Shown one piece after another: positions 17,667-28,455 of a stretch of 32,000 nt of DNA. The position numbers were made by a program, and so were the translations under genes. The notes under the pieces were generated by a model. It had not been told where the DNA came from. It did no database searches and saw only the letters and a list, made by a program, of their open reading frames with translations. Position 1 is the stretch's first letter. Every line of letters begins with the position of its first letter. Origin of the DNA: Trichodesmium erythraeum IMS101 (GTDB taxonomy: Bacteria > Cyanobacteriota > Cyanobacteriia > Cyanobacteriales > Microcoleaceae); assembly GCF_000014265.1 (NCBI RefSeq), contig NC_008312.1:3840001-3872000 (forward strand), read 5' to 3'.

Positions 17667-19189
17667 TATATATAAAGTTTTGAAACAATATTGTAAATAA
17701 AGAATACAAATAGACCCTCATAAAAAATGTATTCAAACAAGTCGAGATTATTATATATATTGTGGTTTTTACCTAAAAATTCTACCCGATGAAATCAACA
17801 ACCTTATCTGTGTGTCTTACCAGATTTTAATACGATATTATGTCAAAGTAAACGGAAAAATATAGATCAAATTACTAACAATTTTATTAAGAAAAATTTA
17901 CAAAAAAAAGTAACACTAAACCCAGAGCTAAAATCAGATTGATTCCATTACTCAGTATCCTATTTAGCAACACGATAATCTAAAAAAAATACCCTCTCAC
18001 ACTAGGAAGATTTATATTAGATGAAATTATATTTTATTGGGAGCAAGAAGACCTTTAATAAGTTACCTGAAAACAAGATATATTTAGCCTAATAGTTTTA
18101 TTAAAAACTTTTTGTGTTTCTGGTCTAAGACTACTGTTAATACTTTACCCTCCCAGAATCTTTTATACACGAGCGTGAATATAGCTAGTAAAATAAATAC
18201 AATCATAAAAGCCAAATATCCGCTATTTATTTATTTTTACTATACTTTAACAATTCTTAACTTATTATATTATAAATTTCAAACTTTTGTTTCATATATT
18301 TAGATAAATACGATTAATAGTTTTTATCAAAAAAAAAATAATTATTATATATATTTATGAAAATACTATATTTATCTTAAGTATGATACTATTATTCATT
18401 TTTAAAATAGTATGTCACTATAAAATGAAATGTAAAAAAAAAACTAACTGAAAAGAAACTGTTAGTTATCTTGCTACCAACAAAAAGATCAAAAAAAAGG
18501 GGCTAGTTTTAGTGACGAATGCTTCCAGTTGAGGTGAGACCTTAACCCATTTGGTGATAGGCAGGGTTAATGTATTGCAGTTGTATAATTAAGATACCAA
18601 TGAAAATCTTACCCGCAAATCAAAAAAGCTCCTAGAAACTTAATTAATTAGAGTTATGCCCACAGAACCAAGTCCCAAAAATTAATTGGTGCTGCTGAAA
18701 ACAGGCCAAGGCTTGTATGCTCTTGCTCCATAGTTGTATAAAGCCATACTCAAATAGCCCATTTATAGAAATTAATACCCTAGGTTATTGATGACACCAT
18801 AGACATTAGAAGCCTCTTGAAAGTCTAATTAATTATTGGGCCTATGATCCTTTCAAGGATAAATCTCCTAATTATGCATCTTCAGAAAAGATTCTCAAGC
18901 CCTTACCCCGCCATTCCCAAATCAGCATTTTTAGAGATATCTATTAAAGCTCTATTCAAGCAAATCAAAAATCTGTATAACTTACCAGCACATTGTTAAT
19001 ACACTAGTATTATTAACATAGCTGATGAGGTGCTCTGGATTTCATTTCAACTACAGCAGAAACACCATATCCTTCAGCCTCTTCAATACCTTGAGACGCG
19101 ATATCCACTCCCATAACCCAAGCAATATATACGCTCAAGGCAGCAATTCTTACAAGAATTCATTTCACAGCTAACTTCTGAACCCAAAA

Positions 19190-19936
19190 CTAGCGCAACG
19201 CAAAATCAGAACGCAACCTCAATTCTAAATCATCCTCTGGATAAATAACAACTACCTCCCCTTCTTCCCGACCCAATAACACTCCACCTAAAGCACCTAA
19301 ACCCGCACCTATTAATATCCTTTCCGTAGCCAGAACCCGATCTCCAAGAACCGCAGATAATAAAGCAGCAGCACCACCACCCACAGCAGCACCCTTCAAG
19401 ATATCCCCAGCGCTTGCACCTTTTGTTATTTCTTCAGTCTCAGTAATTACTTGAGAAACAGCATTAATAGGAAACCTACGGCGATCGCCAATAATTAATT
19501 GTTCAGCAAAAAACTGAGTCCCATTTGAAACAGGTCGTAGTTCACCTTCTATCTCACCACCAAAAGGTATAACCACTCTTCCTTGAGCATCCCTAATATC
19601 TTTAGTCACCCTCAACCTTAACCTCATCGACTCATCTGGAGTTATCACAACCTTTTCTGCTTCCTTATATTCTATAGGAATAAGCTTTCCTGCTCGTATC
19701 CTTGCTACAGACAACGGCCCTCTTGGGTTACCTGGATATCGTCTGTGTTGGTAGCCTGGATATCGTCTTTGTTGGTAGCCTGGGTATTGTCTTTGTTGGT
19801 AGCCTGGGTATTGTCTTGGTCCGTTAAATTGAGCCATAGCTTGTTTTGACATTAAACCAGGAGTTGCTGTAGCTAATGTCATGCCTAAAGTCAACAACAA
19901 AGACGTTCCAGAATGCCAGTTTTTTGAATTAACCAT
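19190..19936 (-). CDS. Hypothetical exported protein with (Q/R)YPGYQQR tandem repeats and a C-terminal glycine-zipper segment
   Basis: Signal-peptide-like N-terminus (SLLLTLGMTLATATPGLMSKQAMAQ). Four 8-aa (24-nt) repeats. C-terminal GAAVGGGAAALLSAVLG...GAGLGALGGVLLG. I recognise no family. Confidence 0.6.
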   Translation of the reverse strand: MVNSKNWHSGTSLLLTLGMTLATATPGLMSKQAMAQFNGPRQYPGYQQRQYPGYQQRRYPGYQHRRYPGNPRGPLSVARIRAGKLIPIEYKEAEKVVITPDESMRLRLRVTKDIRDAQGRVVIPFGGEIEGELRPVSNGTQFFAEQLIIGDRRRFPINAVSQVITETEEITKGASAGDILKGAAVGGGAAALLSAVLGDRVLATERILIGAGLGALGGVLLGREEGEVVVIYPEDDLELRLRSDFALR

Positions 19937-20391
19937 AAGTAATATCTATCCTCCAATATTCAGTTATCAGTACAGACGCCTAAGGTCATTAGTTATCAGT
20001 TAAGCTCTCGTGCATCTAAATTTTTATTTCCTTTTGCCCGTTTTTTTTCACAAAAATTGAATGTATGATTATTAAGACCAAACCATTTATTAATTATCAG
20101 TTCTTGCTTTTCTAGTCTTAAGTTTGAGACCTGATTTTTTGTTCACAAACTGCTTTTAACCTCCCCCTTTAGGAGCTATCCTTAATCAACATTGAAAATC
20201 CAACTTTATTAAATAAAAAAGTTATAAATTTTCCATCAAATTGATATTTCTAAACAGTAAATATATTTAAAAATACGTTTTTTTTCTGCCACAGGAAAGA
20301 GCAGCGATCGCTATTTCCCCCAGCCCCATTTTCCCATCACCCTCAGCAAGAAAAGAGTTTTAGGAATTGCTACAGGCCCAATAGCTACATG

Positions 20392-21360
20392 TTAACTTTG
20401 AGCTTTTATCGCTTTTATAGCTTTTAAAGCTAAAATAGCTGCCCCATAAACAGGCTCATGTTTAGGCCAAATAACTTGAGCAGTAGGAGCGATCGCTGCT
20501 ATAGAATCTTCAAACTGACCGCGAAAGTTAATCATACTATTCCAGACACTTCCAATAGTAACCACTTCAAAAATTTCGTGAACCTGAAATAAGGTAGATA
20601 TCACAATTTTTGTAGCTTTACTTAACTCCTCCACAGCACCCTGAATAATTTTTTTAGCTACCTTATCTTCCTTATCTGCGGCAGCCGAGACAATGGGAGC
20701 AAGTGCAGCTATCCGTGTTACATCCCATCTACGGCGATATATTATTTCTATAATACCCTCAATATTTTTCAGGCCTAAGTATCTAGTAAAATCTGTAACC
20801 AAAATAGTCGGAGACTCACGTCCATCATAACTTTTCAAAGCCGCCTGTAAACCTCTAATAGCTATATTATAACCACTACCTTCATCTCCCAAAAGATAAC
20901 CCCAACCACCAACCCGCTTAGTTAAGCCATGACTATTCTGGCCAAATACTAGGGAACCCGTACCAGCGATCGCCACAATACCTACAGAACATCCAAGACC
21001 TCCCACCAAAGCGATATTGCTGTCGCTACAAATAACTACAGTATTTGGCTGTAAATCCCATTTGATCGGAATATCCATCATAATTTCTTTGAGAAGACTT
21101 TCTACCACTAAAAAATCTTCAGGTCTTCCCACTCCTGCTAAACCCAGGCAAATTCCAGAGATTGGTTGATAACTATTACTATTAGCAACTGCTTGAGTAA
21201 TAGCAGTTTGAATCGAATTTTTTGCTACTTCAATTCCTACACTGTGATAATTTGACGGACCGCTTTTGCCACTACCAAGAACTTGACAATTTTCATCCAT
21301 TAAAACCGCTTCTGTTTTCGTTCCGCCGCCATCAATTCCTAAAACATTTAATTTTTTCAT
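20392..21360 (-). CDS. BadF/BadG/BcrA/BcrD-type ATPase, N-acetylglucosamine-kinase-like
   Basis: The N-terminus LGIDGGGTKTEAVLMD (ASKHA phosphate-1 motif) plus GTGS and GGWGYLLGDEGSG motifs are typical of this family. Confidence 0.8.
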   Translation of the reverse strand: MKKLNVLGIDGGGTKTEAVLMDENCQVLGSGKSGPSNYHSVGIEVAKNSIQTAITQAVANSNSYQPISGICLGLAGVGRPEDFLVVESLLKEIMMDIPIKWDLQPNTVVICSDSNIALVGGLGCSVGIVAIAGTGSLVFGQNSHGLTKRVGGWGYLLGDEGSGYNIAIRGLQAALKSYDGRESPTILVTDFTRYLGLKNIEGIIEIIYRRRWDVTRIAALAPIVSAAADKEDKVAKKIIQGAVEELSKATKIVISTLFQVHEIFEVVTIGSVWNSMINFRGQFEDSIAAIAPTAQVIWPKHEPVYGAAILALKAIKAIKAQS

Positions 21361-21711
21361 ATTCTACAATTATTATCTACCCATCCACTTTATAGACAGG
21401 AAGAACTTTAGTATAAAACTAACTCTTGACAAAAATCATACTTTACTATTCAGTAGGGTTAGGGAGGTTCTATAAAGACATCATTTCTTTGCCTTTACCT
21501 ATGCTAATAATTGGTTTAGATAATTATTTTTTTATTTCATATATCATTTTTTTATTAGTTAAATATTTCAAGTAAAAACCCATTATTTTCAAGAACATTA
21601 AAAACGAATTTTTCATCATTTATTCTCTTGTGTTGATAATTATTTTATAGTTAACATTCTCAACCATAAACCATATTTAGTACATAGTAAATTTGTATCA
21701 GTTTTTTTTTG

Positions 21712-21752
21712 ACCTATAAAAATTGCTGAATAAGCGCTCAAACCTATTCAGC
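21712..21752 (-). terminator. Candidate intrinsic terminator downstream of the S1-protein gene
   Basis: 8-bp stem GCTGAATA / TATTCAGC (21725-21732 and 21745-21752) with a 12-nt loop. On the minus strand AATTTTTAT follows it. It lies 46 nt after the stop at 21798. Confidence 0.45.
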
Positions 21753-21797
21753 CTTCAAAAGTAAGTTAATAGAAAAAAATCAACCTAAAAACCAAAA

Positions 21798-22712
21798 TTA
21801 TTGTAGTTGAGGTAAAGCTTTTCTTGCCCTTTCTGCACGAGCATCTGCCGACTCCATCACTTCATCAATTTTTTCCAACATTTCCCCTGGATAATTTTCT
21901 AACACCTTAGTAGAGAGAGAAATTCGCTTTCTACCTTCATCTAAATCAACAATCATCGCCTTAACCAAATTACCCTGGGAAAAAATTGTAGATAAAGAAT
22001 CAACCCGTTTTTGACTAACTTGAGTAATATGTAGCAAACCAGTTAAACCCTCTAAATCTACAAAAACACCAAAAGGCTTTACTCCAACAACTTTTCCTTC
22101 AAGTAATTGACCAACAGCTAACTTACTAAAACCAGCAGATTGAGTGGCCAAACGTTGAGACATCACAATCTTCTTTTTTTCTTGGTCTAATTCCAAAAAA
22201 TTGACAGTTAATACCTGGTCTATCAATGACTCCAAATTATCCCTTGCCAGAAGATGGGAGCGTGGAACAAAACCCCGCAAAGATTGTATATCCACTGTTA
22301 CCCCACCCTTATTAGTACCAATCACCCGAACTTGAAAAGACTGACCACCTGCTTCTAATTCAGCCAATCTCTCCCATATTTGATTAATTTCTAGCTGCTT
22401 AATAGAAAGAAGCACTTCACCGTCTGCATCTTGCTCACGAATAATTAGAAATTCTCTTTCTTGCTGGAGTGGTAGTGCTTCAGATAAATCTTCTATATCC
22501 CCCAAAGAAGCTTCTGGAAAAGGTAAGAGAGCTAAAGACTTTCCCCCTACATCAACGTAGATACCTTCAGACTCATAACTATTAACTTTTCCAGTTACTA
22601 TTTGTCCTTTTTTAAATTCATAATTATACTGAGGTTGTTCGAGAGCTTTGGCAAAATCATCCATTGTAAAGGATTGTTTACTTCCTTGAGAGCTAATTGA
22701 TTCCGAATTCAT
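21798..22712 (-). CDS. 30S ribosomal protein S1-like protein (three S1 RNA-binding domains; resembles the cyanobacterial Rps1B/Nbp1 type)
   Basis: Repeated S1 OB-fold pattern: GQIVTGKVNSYESEGIYVDVGGKSLALLP, FQVRVIGTNKGGVTVDIQSLRGFVPRSHL, GQLLEGKVVGVKPFGVFVDLEGLTGLLHITQVS. The track start at 22742 is TTG. ATG at 22712 (MNSESIS...) is more plausible. Confidence 0.8.
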   Translation of the reverse strand: MNSESISSQGSKQSFTMDDFAKALEQPQYNYEFKKGQIVTGKVNSYESEGIYVDVGGKSLALLPFPEASLGDIEDLSEALPLQQEREFLIIREQDADGEVLLSIKQLEINQIWERLAELEAGGQSFQVRVIGTNKGGVTVDIQSLRGFVPRSHLLARDNLESLIDQVLTVNFLELDQEKKKIVMSQRLATQSAGFSKLAVGQLLEGKVVGVKPFGVFVDLEGLTGLLHITQVSQKRVDSLSTIFSQGNLVKAMIVDLDEGRKRISLSTKVLENYPGEMLEKIDEVMESADARAERARKALPQLQ

Positions 22713-23540
22713 ATGGAGTAAAAAAAACACTAAGTTACTCAAATATAACTAATCTTGAGGGCATAGTTATAAAAAATCACCAATTCATAGCATAATTCAG
22801 AAGTTTGGAGTTAAATTCTTGCTATGACTATTTGAGAGGTGCGAGAATGTCCTAACAAAAATAATGGCTTTTATCATGAGAGTATTATTATTATAATACT
22901 ACAGTTATATAATCAAATTTTTCATTGCGTTGTTTATTTGCCCTTAACAGCTAAAGAAGATGTTAATCATGATTGCTCTATAATCAAATTATCTGATATA
23001 ATCCAAAACAAAAAAGTGAGCGATCGCACTATTTATAGAAGCAAGATGGCATAGCATATAGCCACTGGAGTTGTTTCTTTCATGATACTTTCCCAGTTCT
23101 AGTAATTAACTTCAAATACTTGACATCTATATATTTTACCCCTTTTTTTACCATTTTTTTTCCCAAAGTCCTGCTCAACCACATATTATTATCAAACAGT
23201 AATTCTAATAAGATAAACATTAATTTTAGTACAAAAATGTAAGTACCTCAGCAAAATTATTTACCTATTTTAATTATCTATTCTTTTTATAAGGCCAATC
23301 ATTCAGCTTGTATAAACGTGTAATTAATTTTGCAAGGCCACTTACTACTTAAAGACAAAAAAGAAATAAGTAAGTAATCAAACATTAACCCATTAACAAG
23401 AAATACCTAAAAGACTAATAATAGTGTAGAAATAACAAAATTCCTTGACAATTATCTTGAATATCTAGTCTTTCTTAGAGAAAGACTTGAGGAATTTTTG
23501 GAGATGTCTAATAGTCAGTGCTAGATATAACTTTTTTTCC

Positions 23541-24278
23541 TTATAAATTTTGAAGAAAAAGTTGTTTGGTCAATTCCCAAGCATCAGCAGCAGCTTGAGC
23601 ATTATAACTACTACGGTGGTCACAGAAGAAACCGTGGTCTGCTTGATAACGAAATACTTGATGTTTAATTTTATGTTTCTGTAATTCTGCTTCTATTTTT
23701 TCTACCTCTTCTATGGGAATTAAAGGATCTTCTGTGCCAAAAAAGCAATATATCGTACCACTAATTTTAGGAGTGAGAGTAATAGTAGGCTCACCACCAC
23801 CAGGAGTACCAACAGCAATACCAGCCCCATAGAAAGAAGCAGTTGCTTGAATTTCTCGCAAAGTAGCTGCTAGATAAGTTACATGGCCTCCAAAACAGAA
23901 ACCCATACAACCGAACTTATCTGGTTTAACAGTAGGTAAATTTTTGAGATAATTAATAGTAGCTTGAATATCGCTGAGTAGTTCTGAAGCTCGAGTTTGT
24001 TCTTTGTACTTGCGACCTAATATTACATCCTCCTCAGTGTAGCCCACTTCAAAACCAGGAGCTTGACGTTGGTAAATTGAGGGAGCGATCGCCACATAAC
24101 CTTCTTTAGCAATTTTTTCTGTTACTTCCCGAATATGGTTATTAACCCCAAATATTTCTTGAACAACCACCACCCCTGGAAATGGACCAGTTCCTAATGG
24201 TTGTACTAAATAGGAATCTATTTGAAGGTCTCCATTAGGGACTTGAATATGAGTTTTATGGATTTCTAATTGTGTCAT
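23541..24278 (-). CDS. Dienelactone hydrolase family protein (alpha/beta hydrolase)
   Basis: 245-aa ORF with PGVVVVQEIFGVN, the nucleophile-elbow-like GCMGFCFGG and a C-terminal ADHGF motif, all typical of the DLH family. Confidence 0.8.
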   Translation of the reverse strand: MTQLEIHKTHIQVPNGDLQIDSYLVQPLGTGPFPGVVVVQEIFGVNNHIREVTEKIAKEGYVAIAPSIYQRQAPGFEVGYTEEDVILGRKYKEQTRASELLSDIQATINYLKNLPTVKPDKFGCMGFCFGGHVTYLAATLREIQATASFYGAGIAVGTPGGGEPTITLTPKISGTIYCFFGTEDPLIPIEEVEKIEAELQKHKIKHQVFRYQADHGFFCDHRSSYNAQAAADAWELTKQLFLQNL

Positions 24279-25116
24279 ATACTCGTTAAACTCAGAAGCT
24301 TTAAAGTTTTTAGTAATCTTATAGTTAAAGCATTTTCATTTTGATCAACTTACAACTATCTACATAAATCTTTGAATAGCCTTCATTATATCAATTCTAT
24401 TCAGTAGTTCTACCTGGCCACATCAGTGTGATCCAACTTCCCTGGCGCAGACTTGAGAACTCAACTCCATTGTTAGATTTCAACTAGCATTTAAGTCTCC
24501 CTTCACAAGTCAAACCAAAATGTTCACAATTGAATAACCCATACTACTAAACAGATCATCATATCTCAAGCAGGCCAGCAGTTTTGCGGTTGAATCTCAA
24601 CCAAAAGCTTATGTAGCTCAATGGCAGTGAGAAATTACATCTTAATACTCGCTGAGATTTTTAGAGATGAAAAAAGAATGTTTTTCCTTAAGCACAAATC
24701 TCAACTTATTTGTATGACCAGCTACAAAATTTTGTGTTTGGCCAGCAATGTTTTTCACTGGTTATTTGGGTGCTGTTCAATTTTGAATCCAATTAGCATG
24801 AATAAAGATAATTACAGCTAAACAAAAATAATACCAGATTATAGAACCAACAGCTTATCTGCCTCCTGCCCCTTGATAGCTGCTACATATTTACCGACTC
24901 AGATGATCGCCATACAAGAGTTTGATTATTAACGCCTTCCCCGTAAAATTCCTATGCCATGCTGTAATTTTTGTCAAGCAAAAACTCATATTAAATTTAT
25001 ATCATAATCATATATGTAGCATTACACTTAACAAGCCAAGATAAATTATTAGCTTTTAAATTTTGAGTTTTGACTTAAGCGTAGCGCTATTATTGCTATC
25101 CACTGGAGCTTAGGTA

Positions 25117-26100
25117 ATGATTGATTTTCAAATTCAAGCAGATAATGATATTCCCGCATCAAAGCAATTATATAGTCAAATTAGGTTAGCAATTGCTTCC
25201 CGTAAATTTCCTCCTGGCCATCGATTACCTAGTACCCGTCAACTTGCGATGCAAACTGGGTTACATCGCAACACTATAAGTAAAGTATACCGTCAACTAG
25301 AAGATACCGGTCTAGTAGAAGCTCAAGCAGGTTCTGGTATTTATGTGAGAAGTCAAGGAAATGAGGGAGGGTCAAACTTAAAGTCTCTCACCTTCGATAA
25401 ATATCCAAATGCCAGTAACATAGTCAAGAGTAGCTTAGATGAATTATTATCCCAAGGTTCTAGTTTAAATGAAGCTAGGGAAATGCTCCTGAGTGAGATT
25501 GACTGGCGATATCGTTGTAGTGCTAGAGTATTAGTCACAGCTCCGTTTCATGACATTGGCATTGGAAAGTTGATGACCAAAGAGTTAGAACAAGCTCTGA
25601 ATATTGCTGTAGAGTTGGTTCCCATCGAAGAACTAAATGAGGTTATAAACCAAATATCTGCTGGCACAATTATCACAAGTCGTTATTTTATTAAGGAAGC
25701 TGAAGAAATAGCTGTTCTGAAACCTGTCAGGGTTATACCAATTGATACATATGATTATGCTCAAGAACTTCAATTGCTAAATACATTACCCAAAGGAAGT
25801 TACTGTGGTTTTGTTAGTCTCAGTTCAGGTGTTTTAAGAGCTGCAGAATTAATTATTCATGGTTGGCGCGGAAATGATATAGTTTTTATGCCGGCTATAC
25901 ATACAGAAATCGATAAAATAAATGCTATAGTGCGGGTAGCTAGAATAATTGTCTGTGATAGATTTAGCTTTGATATACTTAAAGATGTCTTACAAAAAAA
26001 TAGGGAAGATATTATTCGCCCACCAGAAATTATATGTATTGAAAATTATATTGTTATAAATTCAATTAATCTATTGAAACGGGAGTTAGGTTTAGGTTAA
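25117..26100 (+). CDS. plmA: GntR-family transcriptional regulator, PlmA-like (cyanobacterial subfamily)
   Basis: N-terminal winged helix-turn-helix PGHRLPSTRQLAMQTGLHRNTISKVYRQLEDTGLVEAQAGSGIYV, then a ~250-aa C-terminal domain unlike FadR/HutC/MocR types. Size and layout fit the PlmA subfamily. The symbol is tentative. Confidence 0.7.
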   Translation: MIDFQIQADNDIPASKQLYSQIRLAIASRKFPPGHRLPSTRQLAMQTGLHRNTISKVYRQLEDTGLVEAQAGSGIYVRSQGNEGGSNLKSLTFDKYPNASNIVKSSLDELLSQGSSLNEAREMLLSEIDWRYRCSARVLVTAPFHDIGIGKLMTKELEQALNIAVELVPIEELNEVINQISAGTIITSRYFIKEAEEIAVLKPVRVIPIDTYDYAQELQLLNTLPKGSYCGFVSLSSGVLRAAELIIHGWRGNDIVFMPAIHTEIDKINAIVRVARIIVCDRFSFDILKDVLQKNREDIIRPPEIICIENYIVINSINLLKRELGLG

Positions 26101-26499
26101 CTGCAAGTATTCAACAGTCAGCTATCAGCTATTAATTAAGGTCTGCTAAAAAAGTTTTATGAGTGAGGCTAGGAGTTAAGGGTAGGTAAGGACTTTGTCT
26201 GGAACAGACTTAGGTCTAAATGAGAATTATAGAGTAGGTAGTCAGGCATGTTTATACCTTAATTTTTAAGCTGTTATTTACTTAAAATCCTTGGTGGTAA
26301 TTTTACAATTTATTATTTTCTATAAATATAAATTCTAATTACAATTAGAGTTAATTTGACCTAAGTTAGGTATGCTAATAGCTGGCAATATACCTGGGAT
26401 AAATATGTTTTAAGGTTAAATTTGTACATCAGATAATTTGAAATTTAATTACATAATTACCAAAAAATATAAATAAACTAATCAAGTATCAATATAAAA

Positions 26500-28455
26500 A
26501 TGAAAACAGAAGTCAGAAACATTAATACAGAAATATTAGAACATAATTTACAACGAAACTGGCAAGATTTAAAAAAATCTAATGATGTTTGTGAAATTAA
26601 ATGCGACTTAAAGGTAGGAACATTATTGGTTATTTTTCAACATCCAGCAAATGTAGTGATAGATAAGCAAAAAACAATTGCAGAGTTAAAAACTCTAGTT
26701 CAAAAACAGGAGTTAGAATATATAGAAAAAGTAGGTATTTGCTTGAATATAATAGGTCATACATATCCTTATGCTTATCATTCATTTTTTACCAAGGATA
26801 CCTCAGAAGAATCTATGTTCACTTTTCTGCCCAAATGGGTAGATAGAAATATAGATTCTGAAATAAAAATTACACCAGAATTACTAGATTCCTTAGATAA
26901 TCCATTTAGTTTAAAAGATTTAGAAGCAATATCTATGAGACTAGAATCTGAGGGTATGTCTGATACAAATCCTCATCTAATCAATCAGCATATCTCTCAG
27001 GATAAAAGTCAAAATTCAGAAATTAAAATCACTTCAAAAATACTGGATGATTTAGATAATCCTTTTGATATGGAAGGATTAGATTTATCCCCAAAAAAAA
27101 TTAATAGAAAAACTAGGAATTATGTAGAAAAAACATCGCCTATAATCAAAGAATCAACTATTAATTTAGCTGCCTTTTCTCAAGTAGAATTGATTAGCGC
27201 TAGTTTAAGTTTAGCAATTTTAATAGGCTGTTTTTTTGCAATAACTCAACCCTGTGTGATTGGAAAATGTATGATAATATCAACGGCAAAAGAATTAAAT
27301 CAACAATCACTAGAAACAATTAAAAATGTCAAAAATTCTTTGGCTCCAAAGTGGGCACAAGAAAATTTAGAAACAGCAATTAAAAATTTAGAAAAGATTC
27401 CATTTTGGTCAATACATTACTTAGAATCACAAAATTTAAAGTCTACTTACAAAACAGAAAATGAGCATTTGGAAACAATTAGACAAGCTTTGCGTAATGG
27501 TGCACAAGCAGCTCAAAAAAGCAAAGGTTTACCACTACCAATAGAAGAATGGATAGAAATTCAATCACTTTGGCAAGAAGCGATCGCTCTATTAGAAAAA
27601 GTACCAGAAGATAGTAGAGCTTATCCTTTTGCTAAAAATAAACTACAGCAATATCGCAAGTATTTAGTTGCTATTAAAGGAAGATTAACTAGTGAAGAAG
27701 AAGCTAATCAAAAGTTAATAGCGGCGAAAAAATTAGCTCAGTTAGCAGAGACCAGAGAGGTAATAGCTCAATTTCCTGAAAGCTGGAAAAGTGTACATTC
27801 AAACTGGAAAGATGCCTTAGATAAAGTATCTAAGATTCCTCAACAAACAACTGCTTATTTAAAAGCCAAAAATTTACTTTCTCAGTATAAACAAAAACTT
27901 CAGCAAGCAGAGGAACGTAGAATCGTAGAAGAAATTGGTCAAGAGGCTTATAATCAAGCTATTAGTTACTCTAAACAAGCTGAAGTGTTTGAGGCAAAAG
28001 ATAATTGGAGAGATGCTGCAAAATATTGGCAAAAAGCTCTAAATTATGCTGAAGACATACCAACTAATTCAAGTTATTTTATTTCAGCAAAACCTCTGAT
28101 TAAATCTTATGATACTTTGCTAAAAGTAGCACAATCAAACCAAAGGTTATTAGATACTTTAGCAAAAGCTAATCAGGACTTAAATAAGACTTGCAAGGGA
28201 AAACAAAAAATTTGTCAATATAGTGTTACTAAGGATTTAATTACTGTACGTTTGACTTTTGATTATGTAGATAAAATCAAAAAAACAGCTAAAGCAGTGA
28301 AAAATAGTAAAGACAAAAAGAGTCGTACTGAACTCGAAAAACATTTGAAAACTTTAGAGGTTGCTTTAAAGGCTATTAGTAATAATTCTAAGATTCCTTT
28401 AGAACTTTATAACCCACAAGGTTTAAAAATTGCTTCTCATTTTCCCAATAGTTAA
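26500..28455 (+). CDS. Hypothetical membrane-anchored protein with internal repeats
   Basis: 651-aa ORF. It has a duplicated SEIKIT(P/S)xxLDxLDNPF segment and one hydrophobic helix (LISASLSLAILIGCFFAITQP). A helical C-terminal part carries four W..A...L..(I/V)P......Y..(A/S)..L modules. I recognise no family. Confidence 0.6.
   Translation: MKTEVRNINTEILEHNLQRNWQDLKKSNDVCEIKCDLKVGTLLVIFQHPANVVIDKQKTIAELKTLVQKQELEYIEKVGICLNIIGHTYPYAYHSFFTKDTSEESMFTFLPKWVDRNIDSEIKITPELLDSLDNPFSLKDLEAISMRLESEGMSDTNPHLINQHISQDKSQNSEIKITSKILDDLDNPFDMEGLDLSPKKINRKTRNYVEKTSPIIKESTINLAAFSQVELISASLSLAILIGCFFAITQPCVIGKCMIISTAKELNQQSLETIKNVKNSLAPKWAQENLETAIKNLEKIPFWSIHYLESQNLKSTYKTENEHLETIRQALRNGAQAAQKSKGLPLPIEEWIEIQSLWQEAIALLEKVPEDSRAYPFAKNKLQQYRKYLVAIKGRLTSEEEANQKLIAAKKLAQLAETREVIAQFPESWKSVHSNWKDALDKVSKIPQQTTAYLKAKNLLSQYKQKLQQAEERRIVEEIGQEAYNQAISYSKQAEVFEAKDNWRDAAKYWQKALNYAEDIPTNSSYFISAKPLIKSYDTLLKVAQSNQRLLDTLAKANQDLNKTCKGKQKICQYSVTKDLITVRLTFDYVDKIKKTAKAVKNSKDKKSRTELEKHLKTLEVALKAISNNSKIPLELYNPQGLKIASHFPNS

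Noticed and set aside
18499-18600. tmRNA-like or other structured RNA beginning GGGGCTAG...
   Set aside because: It lacks the UUCGAC-type acceptor/T-arm features and has no 3' ...TCCACCA end downstream. I also saw no tRNA-like T-loop (GTTCGAATC-type) anywhere in the window.
19013-19114. 33-codon minus-strand ORF (MGVDIASQGIEEAEGYGVSAVVEMKSRAPHQLC) just downstream of the 19190 gene
   Set aside because: It has protein-like composition but is short, has no clear RBS, and belongs to no family I recognise. The evidence is insufficient.
23467-23487. Perfect 9-bp palindrome AGTCTTTCT-tag-AGAAAGACT, 54 nt downstream of the dienelactone hydrolase stop, as a terminator
   Set aside because: On the minus (gene) strand no U-tract follows it. 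The T-run lies on the plus strand, where there is no credible upstream gene. Left uncalled.
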